55,636 nt of DNA from Seison nebaliae (Eukaryota). A program made the position numbers and the translations under genes. Positions 45,759 to 55,636 of this stretch are shown piece after piece. Positions within the stretch are counted from its first letter, which is position 1; every line of letters starts with the position of its first letter. A model generated the notes under the pieces. The model was not told the origin of the DNA and did no database searches. It was given only the letters and a program-made list of their open reading frames with translations. The stretch lies in the NCBI GenBank assembly GCA_023231475.1, contig JALJEE010000664.1, forward strand, positions 1 to 55,636, in the 5' to 3' direction.

Positions 45759-48700
45759 CGTCCATTAAGACTGATGCTTCGTCTATAATAACGTCTTCTT
45801 TATGCTTCTTCTTCCTGTATTTCTTGTTCTATCAATCTTTGCACAAATATGTTCTTTTTTTTATTCAATCTGTCTTCTCCTCCTGATGATGTCGATGATT
45901 AAAAAATGGAGGTAATAATGTTCAACACAACGAATCTGTTGGCAGCAATTGGCAAACGAAGACGAATTTTCTAATATTTAATATTTTAATTTCCTTCGTT
46001 CGTTGTAGTATTCGATGGAAATGTTATTTAGTACGATCGATGTTTCTTTCACTTCTTCCGATGAATGATTTATTATCTCGGGAAGTTTAAGAGATGCATT
46101 TGTCCGAAAGTTATTCTATTCCCACCAAAATGATTGAGATGTCAAGGTGATTAGTGATATGTTAATTCATCTTTCCGACTTCTAATAATTTCTTCTGAAA
46201 GCAGCACATTCTATACTTTCCTTCTCTAATAACATCCTTCTCTCGTACTTCATCCAGAAGAGTAGACCGAAAATTCTTGTTGTATATCACTGACTAGCTT
46301 TATCTATCGTTTACTTCTGCTACAATCAATCATACGAAATGAAAATAACAGTAATCTTCCTACAATGAAATAACAATCATGTATTATAGTAAATCAACAA
46401 TAATATAGCCACAATGACAACATTAACAAAGAAATATGTTAAGGAAATAAGAAGGAGAAACGAAATATTTTTACGGTTTGTCTTATTCTTTATAAATTCA
46501 TCAATTATTTATAAGATCATCTCCCAATTAATGGATCAGCAAATTATCAATCGAACACAATCGACTTTTGAGAAAGTACAAAAAAACAACCTCACTTCAC
46601 TTTCAATCGTTTTAGTCATCTCTCATATTTTATTGCGGAACAACCTGTAGTGTACGCGAATAGAAGATATGTAAGCGACTGAAAGAGATCGATTGATTTC
46701 GAACGATCATCAATCTAACGATAATGTTAAGATGAAATGAATTTTTAATAGGAACAACTCGATATTTCTTTAACATTACTGCTTATAATGGTAAATTGAT
46801 AATAATGTCTCACTGATATACAAATTTTTTTTTGCATAAATTCACCTAATTATTCTCTCACGAAATCATTGATCAAAGAAAGAAAATGAAGAAGATGGTG
46901 AAGATATTGACTAATTTATCTTCGTTTTTATAGAAGGAAAAAATTAAAGATAATTTAACATACAATATCAATATCCTAAACAACATTCGATAAACTCGTA
47001 ATAAATGCACATACAGCGAAAGAAGAATGCACAACATTCCCAGTCGGGTGCACAAATTAAGATGAAATTCCATTATTTTATATATATATATCATTATTTT
47101 CCTTAATGTTAATTAGTCGTTATTTCCCTAAAAAAATGAAATTTTGTTTCGAAAATAAAATCGAAGAAATTAAATAATGAACAAGGAATACGTCATATTT
47201 ATTCTCACTTGAGAACCATCCGTCAGGTACATGAAGAGAGAACAATGGAAGAAAGAATTTCACCGAAAATTTGATGGTCGAATAAAGGAAATATTTTGGC
47301 GAATTATTTACATTAGACCATAATTATTTTTTGGAGGAAGTTGCCTATTTGATCTGGCTTTATTTTGCTTTCGGAAGAATGTTTTGTGGAGACAAAACGA
47401 AAATGTTTCTTTGTTAATACTCCGATCATCTGCTTCGGCCATTCTGCACCGAAAGAACAAACAAGAGAATTGGCTGAATATGCACAATGCATAAATCTGC
47501 ACATCGAAGACGAAGCAGTCTAGTAAAATAGGTGTTTTGGAGGAGAACAATTATAAATCATCATCGTTTTACATAAAATAATTGGAGGGAAAGAGTGGAG
47601 GGAACGATGGAGAATATAACCGTAAAAAGAGAATGGGTGGGGAAGATGATAAAATTGAATGAAATTTTTGTAGAATTTAGAGAAATGCGGAAATAATTCA
47701 TTAAATAAAACGATCTGTTAATTTGTCACAATAATATTATGCAACAGAATAAATCCTCTTAAAGAAATATATAAGATGAACATTAATCGTCTACCATCTT
47801 ATTCCTTATTCTTTCTCGTTCAATTCGACATAACATTCTTATTAAATTCCCTATAATCATCATCAATATCCATCACACATGCATCACTTCTCTTCTGCAG
47901 ATAAATCAATCTGCATTAAATGTACTTCCACTTTCGTCTCCACATATGCAATGTGTGTGCATTTATTTTACATAAAAAATATCAACTAATCTATATGAAG
48001 AAATGGAAGAAAAAAGAACAAGACGAAAATAATTGAAATTTCATGGGACATGGAGAAGAAGAAGTGGAAAAATATTGAGAGAAATAATCGAATTTATGTT
48101 ACCGATCGATAACGTTGGACGAAAAATAAAAGGGAGAAATAGCAGATGTCTACATTGACATCGATTTCTTCTCTCATTCATTGTCATTATTAGCATAAAA
48201 ATATTAATATTAAACTATACCGTTCAAATCTTCTTTTCATGTCGTAATACATAAAAAATGGTGGTAAAATATGTTGAAATGTGGAACAGAAAACGCTACT
48301 AATTAAACCAATTTATAAGAAACTTTTTCCACATGAAATTATCGATTGAAATGCTGATTATAATAATAAAAAAAATAAGGAAAATGAACTATGTCACCAA
48401 TCTTTCAGACATATAATCATAATTCTCCATAACTATCATGAATTCTTGCGTAATTCCAACGAATAATTCCGTCTTATTCATATAGTCGTCTTAGAACGAT
48501 ATTCTATCGAATATAATTGGAATGAATAAGAAGGAACAATGGAAGTTTCGAAAGAAAACAACAAAAATTAAAACTAATATCTTCTTATTCCAGTTTCAAC
48601 GGAGAGTAAAAGTGAAATTTAAAAAGTTAATTAAAAATCGAAATAAATTTATTGGAATAATGGCAAATTGTGATTCGATAGCGAAATCTCTTGAAATTAT

Positions 48701-51700
48701 TGTCAACAATCAAATTTATTCAGTTCGATCAAATTTTCTTGATAAATAACTGAATTTTTGATGGTGAATTTTTCATTCTAAAAGTTTTAACACATCCATC
48801 TTAAGCACACTGATATTAATGACGGGTAATTATATGCATAACAGTGTTAGAAACTTTATGAAATATTTTGATTGTTGTTGCGCCGAAAAGATATTTCAAA
48901 TATCTTATTTGGAAGAAAAGAAAAAATATTTTTCATAAACGATTTCAAGTGCAATTCCATTATGAAAAGTAGTTGAATTATATGGACTAGTTAAAAGAAT
49001 TTGAATAAAAAATGAATGCACAATAAGGAGAGAATGATAATCCGGAAATGTTCTTCAGAAATCAAGCGGGAAGATGAAATGGATGGAATGGTTTAAATGA
49101 AATAATGTCATCGATTATCATAAATAATTGATCGGTTCCCTAATGATTGACATAGGACCACCATCCAATATTTCGATTTACTTAATGGAAATGTAGACTT
49201 GATGTCACGAAAGCAAAATATTTTTTCATTCACTCAATTTTTTCTTTTTCTAATTTTTCAGAAAAGAAAATTAAAAAGAATATGAGATAACACAGATTTC
49301 CATATTCTAAGGTCACGACAGGCAATTGAGTGACAGTGATAATTGTGTATAATTCATTTGATGTTACGTTATTCTTATTCTTCCTCTGATAATTGTTTGT
49401 CACAAAAAATAATTAATTAATTCTTATTTCATATGAGATTTGTCGGGAGAAAATAGTTGGACCAAAACTTTGTCTTATTATCATCGAAATGAAGTTGATG
49501 GGAAAGAAGTGAATAAGTTATTTTTCTTTTAAAAGTATCTCTTCCATTTTCGTGGCAACAAGTGATTGGACAGAACAGATCATTACTACTTGTCGTTGAG
49601 GGTTCCGATGAGAGTTCCATGTAAAGCTTACATCGATTTCAAGAAAATCTATCGTTCCCGGTCTTTTCCTCACTCTAAACGATATCTTCTTCAATGACTA
49701 GTTACGTGGTGATTTCTTCATTCCAAAACAAATTACATCTCCCCCAACTCACGTAAGTCCATTATGGAAAATTGTTAACAGAGAAATATAACAAATATTA
49801 ATATATTTGAGATAATTCAAATTAATCTAAATCTAAAAATATATAAGATGAAAATGAATGAAAAGTCGTATCAGAAATGCACATATTCCATCACGTCGCG
49901 AATCTCAAAGTTTTATAATGCAAAATAATTATTTTTAAATTTCTCAGTTTTCAGTCCATTCTCAGTTTTCTATTCTTTTTTGTTTTAATTGCTAAAAAGA
50001 ACTTTATCATATAAGAAGTTCATACCAAAACTAATCATATAAGCAACATTGCACATCTTTATTGGTTTTTGGATAGACGACATCAGGATAACCGGTTTTT
50101 TGAAAGTCGATATGCAGAATCCATTGCTGTTAACCTCCATCAGATTATTCGTTCTTGGAAGACGGTTTAGAAATCGTCCATATCATAATAATCGAAATTA
50201 TTATCATTTTGCGATAATCATAATGAACAATGAAAGATAATGCAACTACTATGTTCGATATATGTATTATTGTTCATTTATTGAATTATATTTAGTTGGG
50301 AATATTTCTTTGAGAAATTTCATGACAAACTATCAACAGCTAAATTCATTCGACTTTACAAGCCAAAAATTGGTGAGTCTCGAATGAACCTTAAATGTAG
50401 TAGAGACAGAACGAAGAAATTTGTATAGGTTGCATGAGGAATTTCCGATATTGAAATAATCGGCGAGCAAATGACTAAAAAAATTACGAGTGAACAATTT
50501 TCCGTAAATGGAATAGCGGGTGAGGAAATCACTGTTTAATTACTTATTCAGTGAAATTTCATATATATGCTGAGGAAAAGTCAGGGGTTCGAATTGATAT
50601 AGTAGGACATATGTGTGCCTTTGATGAATAATTTTCACTTGTCGAACATTAGAATTTGAATGGATTTTCTAATCGATTTCATGAGAAACAAAAATTAGAA
50701 TGTTGATGCGATAAATGAAAGAATAGTAAACATATGTTTCCAATAATTGATTGGAGATTAGAGAATCATAATTTTCACGAAAAGTTAATTGAACAAATAA
50801 AAGGCAATTATTTTTAATATTCTCTCACACAATGACGTGCTAAGGACTAACAATAAATTCCATGCACAAACTTTTCATAAGACTACTTCATCGACTTCTG
50901 TGTCAACAACAATTTATTATTCTAATTATCATAAGAGCTATTCTCTCATAATTTATCAGGAAGAAAAATCCTCACCATTATCGTTCTTTGTGAGAAGAAT
51001 GACAAACAGAACAACAAGAATCGTGGGAGTATGAAAGATAATTACTGGACAGTTCCATTAGTAGAAAAAGACGAACTATCTATCTTTACAACATTGAATG
51101 AAGAAGATGTATTATTATATTGTTTGGAATCAATCATCACTTCTACCATTACTGATTGTAGAACGGATAATAATGATAAGAACAACAACTATCCGTTTGA
51201 TGAATAATATTTAATAGTAAACATCGTTTGCATTGGAGCATCGTGGAAATTCTCTTTATTCTCCTCCTCTCTTTATTCACGTTTTTTATCCGTTTATCAT
51301 TTCTTTCCTTTTATGAGACGACAGTCAAATTCGTCTTCAATTCCATTCTGATAATTCCTAATTTACTTATATAAATTACAACTGGTCTCTATCTTTTCTT
51401 GCCTCTTATTTCACTAAAACATTCCTCATCAGTCTCCCACTAAAGAGAAACTAAACGAGAAACAAACACGTACAACATGAGATAGAGTAGGAAGACGAAC
51501 GAAAATAAAATTATTGTGGTGGCTAGATAGTCGGAAATTCACTTAAGTGAACAGAGATGTTGAATGAACCGAATTGGAGTGAAATGAACTACTTCATCGT
51601 CAAAATAATTAAGATATACATATAAACATCCTCCATTGATATTCGTACACTTCATATACCACTATCTTCATACTCGCTGTACGAAAGAAAGAAAGAATTA

Positions 51701-51924
51701 TAAAATTTCATTCACTACAACAAACTGCATGAGCCGAAGATAGTGAGGATAAATAAATTGTATATACTAATATTTATATATGTCTTATTGATATGTAGAT
51801 GACTAGGACGAACAATGTTCCATCTATAACGAAAATAAGAAGAAAAATTAACGAAAATTTCATTTTCTGTGCATTTATCAAATGCTTCTTTATATGCACA
51901 TATGTGCGCATATAAGTCTCCATA

Positions 51925-51942
51925 TGTGTGTGTGTGTGTGTG
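51925..51942. repeat. (TG)n microsatellite
   Basis: About 9 TG units. Confidence 0.85.
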
Positions 51943-52143
51943 TCCGTGTATGCAGAATTTAGATTTTATTGTAGATGCATTTAGTTTTCTGTCTTTAACA
52001 TTAACCAGACAAGGCGGAGGAAGTCCTTACTAGAAGAATATGGTAATTCATTCACAGAATAAAAGAAAAGGAAATATAGGAAGTAAATATACAATTGATT
52101 AATATTAATCTGTTTATTATATTCCAATTATTATCGATTAATA

Positions 52144-53554
52144 CTAATCACTATCATCATCAACATCATAATGTTTGGTATAGCTGCCACTTTTCGAATG
52201 TTTTTTTGATTTCTTCTTTTTCTTATTCCCCTTCTTCTTCCATTTCTTGCTTTTATTCTTGTTTGTTCCATCCATATCATCATCTTCTTCTTCTGCCTCA
52301 TCATTCGATTCGGATGATGATTCTATGTCAATATCGTCATCCTCATCTTCAATGATGAAATTATCTATCAAACTACATAAAATCTTCAATTAACTTAATA
52401 AACTAAAAGAATAAATATAACGATTTCCCTTCAGCATCATAATTTTCATTGTCGTTATCAATTCGTTCTAAATTGTCATAATATTTTGCTTGACGAATCA
52501 ATTTTTCTTTTTGTTGTCTTTTTGCGTCGCGTCGACGAGCTGCCAATTTTGTATTCAATTCTATTTGTTCTTTTTGCTATAATTCAAAGTTACGAGTCGT
52601 TAATTGAAGAAAATGAACTAACACGAGCAAGTCGATTCTTAATCCAAGGTGCTTCAAGACCTCCATCAATTTCATGGATATTGCCACCATCTTTTGTTGT
52701 AACGGGAGCAGATGCCCATTTCGATATATTATCTGTTTGATTCCTTGATGAATAACGATTCAAATGAAATATAATGAATGAATAAGAAAGTTAACAATTT
52801 CATGACAAATTTCGATTGAAAACTGTGTTGCCCAAATGAAGTTGATGCAATTGATCCACTATAAATATGATTCCGAAATCCATGAAGTGAACTCTTCTCC
52901 ATTAAAATAGAAGTTGATTTCCCAATGTGTAATGAATAACTAGAATGGAAAAAATATTTTGAAATAAATTTACCTATTGTATTAGATAACCTACCATCAG
53001 ACCATTTGACAAGTCTCGTGTTCGATTCGGGAACTAAATAGTTTTTGGAATGATTCTTCTGTTTTTTCAATCTCCAACGACAAGTTCTTTGAGTCTACAA
53101 TTACATTTCATTTAGAATATTCGAATATAATTGGAACTTGCAATTGAATATAAGATAATACAGCCTCTTGATCTTCATCATTCATCTCCTTAATCTTCTC
53201 AACTTCAACTGGAACATAACCAGATTTTTTATACATTCCCGATTCAAATATAACACCAGGAATCAATTTCAAATAATTTATATCCGATGCTGCTAATTCT
53301 GTTTCTGCAAAATTTTGTTTTCTAATATTCACTTCAAATTTTTCCGGTTCTCCTCCTCCATCCTCAAATTCATTATTATTGTTGTTGTTTTTATTAAAAT
53401 TCGAGTTTTCTACTCCATCATCATCCATATCATAATTTTCGTCTGATTTCACATTGCCTTCTTCTTTCTCTAAATCACTATCACCACTTTCTTCTTCAAT
53501 AATCTCGTTAAAATCCAGTTCATCTGGCATATTTTCAACATCATCCACTTCCAT
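52144..53554 (-). CDS. LEO1: PAF1 complex subunit LEO1, 6 exons; likely start ATG 53554
   Basis: Acidic N-terminus, YLKL, TCRWR, ESNTRLVKWSDG|SYSLHIG, LHGFRNHIY match LEO1 (TIRWR, ESNARIVKWSDGSMSLHLG, LQGDHNHLF); five GTT..AG introns. Confidence 0.85.
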
Positions 53555-54165
53555 CTCGAATTTTTGAAAGAAACTGCAAATCGTATTTTTTCTTCGAAAA
53601 TAAAAAGCCTCCTTTTTCAAATTGTCAATTTTCAAATTATCATCAGTTTAGCATTCTCATAAAATGATATTCCGATTTACAGAATAAATTTAAATTCTTT
53701 AAAACTACATTTCGAAACATTATATGGAACTTGGTGGACTGCTTATACAATACAATTATGTTATACTTTTGAATAGTTTCAACACACATAAGTTAAAATA
53801 CCAAAATTTATAAAAATAATGTATAGCATAACTGTTGAACTGTAAACAGTCTACTAAATAGGTGGTCATTTCTAGCTTTCTAGTATTTCTAGTTCTAGTT
53901 TTTCTATGGCGTAAACTCAATAAATATTTGTTTGTTTGATTCTTTGACGATCATACAAGTGCATAAGAAAGTGCACTAATTTTTTACAAATTTAAATTTG
54001 AAAAATATGAAAATGATCAACTATTTCACATATATTGAAAGAGAAGTAACGCGTATAAAAACAGAGACACAGTTTTTTTAAGGTTAAAATATTAAATCTA
54101 TCAACATATTGATCAATCGTAAACCCAATCTGGTCTGATTATTAAAAGGCGGTAATAGTTCCTAA

Positions 54166-55407
54166 CTAATCATAGAATTGAATATCTACAAGTGTCTTAC
54201 CAAAAAGTTCCTCCTTAGATATTTTCATATGATGTGTTGCGACAAATTCTTCAAATTTAGGAACAACTGATGGAAGTTTTACTTCCATACATTCGTCGAA
54301 CATGTATGAACCCAAATTACTCAGATCGTTCAAATAGAAACCAAATGCCTTTTCATCTGTTATATCTTTCAATGTGTGTAAAGGATTTGTATAGAAAACT
54401 GATCTTTCTTCTCCAAACATCCGATTTAATAGTTCCAAATCTCCACCTCCATAATTTACAAAAAAGAACGGTATATTCATGGGTAGTAATGCATGTAAGA
54501 ATCCTACTGTGTGAGCTGCTCGTGTAAAACGATTTTTCGTGTTCTGAGTTATTTGGAGAAATAAACGTCCCAAATCATGATGCCATTGGAAATATGGTTT
54601 TTGGAGATGAAGCCTCACTGCATCTTTTGACATGATACTATTAAGTGGATGCAAGAGCATATAACTAATATCATCCGTTCGTACGGGAGGTGAAGATGTT
54701 GAAGGTTCTGGGAGCATAAATAAGATTATCGCTGCATTATTATTAAAACCATATCCATATTTGTCTGGTGTCAATCCGATTCCGTGCATAAAACTTGAAT
54801 AATTTATGAAAATTATACATTTATAGTGTTTTAATCTTTCTACGACATCTTCCAGCGACCCATGTGGTTGAGCATCAACAAGACTTTTTATAGCGGTTTG
54901 TACCTGACCACTTTCCTCCACTTTCTGCCTTTTTGGTTCGAGAATTATGTCGATATTCCCTTTTGTAATTTTTTCGTAATCCTTAACTATTTGTTCCAAT
55001 GTTAACATCCCCATCAAATTGTAAAAATCAATATAATATCGTGACATTGAGGAGGGTAAATGGTAAAGAGTGATTGCATTGTTATTTTTAGCCAAATTGC
55101 TGCGTTTCCGAGTAAAGAATTTCTTAATAGATGAAGTACTGAATATTTTGGTTATACTTATTGATTTTATAGACAACGAATTTTTAATTCGTTTGAAACT
55201 TCTCCTAGACATTGAAGTGAATGATTTCATAATGGACAAAGTTAAACAGAAAACGTAAAAATCAGAAAAGTAAAAAGAATGAATTAACAATAGAGAACTG
55301 GAGAGAGAAATAAGAATAGAAGAGAACTGAAAGCAATTTAACTTACAATTGTTACTAATTTTTAAGTTCTGAATTTTAACTTTTGAAGTGGTTGCAATCT
55401 CGGTCAT
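54166..55407 (-). CDS. Uncharacterised intronless protein (true start may be an internal Met)
   Basis: 413-codon stop-free frame in AT-rich DNA; globular-looking C-terminal 280 aa; no family recognised. Confidence 0.6.
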   Translation of the reverse strand: MTEIATTSKVKIQNLKISNNCKLNCFQFSSILISLSSSLLLIHSFYFSDFYVFCLTLSIMKSFTSMSRRSFKRIKNSLSIKSISITKIFSTSSIKKFFTRKRSNLAKNNNAITLYHLPSSMSRYYIDFYNLMGMLTLEQIVKDYEKITKGNIDIILEPKRQKVEESGQVQTAIKSLVDAQPHGSLEDVVERLKHYKCIIFINYSSFMHGIGLTPDKYGYGFNNNAAIILFMLPEPSTSSPPVRTDDISYMLLHPLNSIMSKDAVRLHLQKPYFQWHHDLGRLFLQITQNTKNRFTRAAHTVGFLHALLPMNIPFFFVNYGGGDLELLNRMFGEERSVFYTNPLHTLKDITDEKAFGFYLNDLSNLGSYMFDECMEVKLPSVVPKFEEFVATHHMKISKEELFGKTLVDIQFYD

Positions 55408-55415
55408 TCTAGATT

Positions 55416-55496
55416 ACCCTGTAAGCATTTGAATGTCTTGAGAACGTTTATATACATCAAAAAAACGTTCTCAAGACATTCAAATGCCAACAGGGT
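55416..55496. repeat. 81-bp inverted repeat (34-bp arms, 13-nt loop), MITE-like hairpin
   Basis: ACCCTGTAAGCATTTGAATGTCTTGAGAACGTTT (55416-55449) vs 55463-55496: 32/34 complementary, 25-bp perfect core. Confidence 0.9.
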
Positions 55497-55636
55497 GGGT
55501 TCCAGAAAGGAGTTAACTTTAAGTAGTAGTTAACCCATACTCATCGAAAAAGAAAGATGTTAACCTTGCCAAAAAGAAAGATGTTAACCCTCTTTTCCCA
55601 AGAAAGAAAGATGTTAACCCTCTTTTCCCAAAAAAG
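55497..55636. repeat. GTTAAC-core subrepeat array running off window end; probable DNA-transposon terminus
   Basis: AGAAAGATGTTAACC at 55551, 55575, 55605 (30-bp period for last units) plus AGTTAAC variants at about 55511 and 55528. Confidence 0.65.

Noticed and set aside
50570..50600. GGTTCGAAT B-box-like word suggesting a tRNA
   Set aside because: No cloverleaf stems or A-box spacing visible
1..55636. Alternative genetic code
   Set aside because: Long conserved ORFs translate sensibly with the standard code and end in TAA, TAG or TGA; interruptions are explained by introns

Overview
AT-rich (about 30% GC by eye), gene-dense animal nuclear DNA with very short spliceosomal introns (mostly 40-60 nt). 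Overall style suggests a compact invertebrate genome such as a seisonid rotifer (Syndermata), but that assignment is a guess. Recognisable genes: WDR11, MRPL19, an SH3-less endophilin B, EFCAB12-like, a greatly expanded importin-alpha, TMEM26-like, a 3-Ig GPI-type lachesin/DIP/IgLON-like adhesion gene, a giant TXNDC15-like protein, a tetraspanin-like gene without its large loop, Josephin, FEZ/UNC-76 and LEO1, plus several orphans. Mobile/repeat DNA: a MULE transposase relic with 30-bp-periodic subrepeats, two copies of a LINE relic, a 150/153-bp tandem array, an 81-bp hairpin and a 90-bp copy of importin-alpha coding sequence. Most notable: (1) two intronless paralogs encoding atypical kinases with N-terminal signal-like peptides, possibly a secreted effector family; (2) a splice code in which most manually reconstructed introns start GTT rather than GTRAG. 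All exon models and family calls are manual, from motif recall, with no database search.
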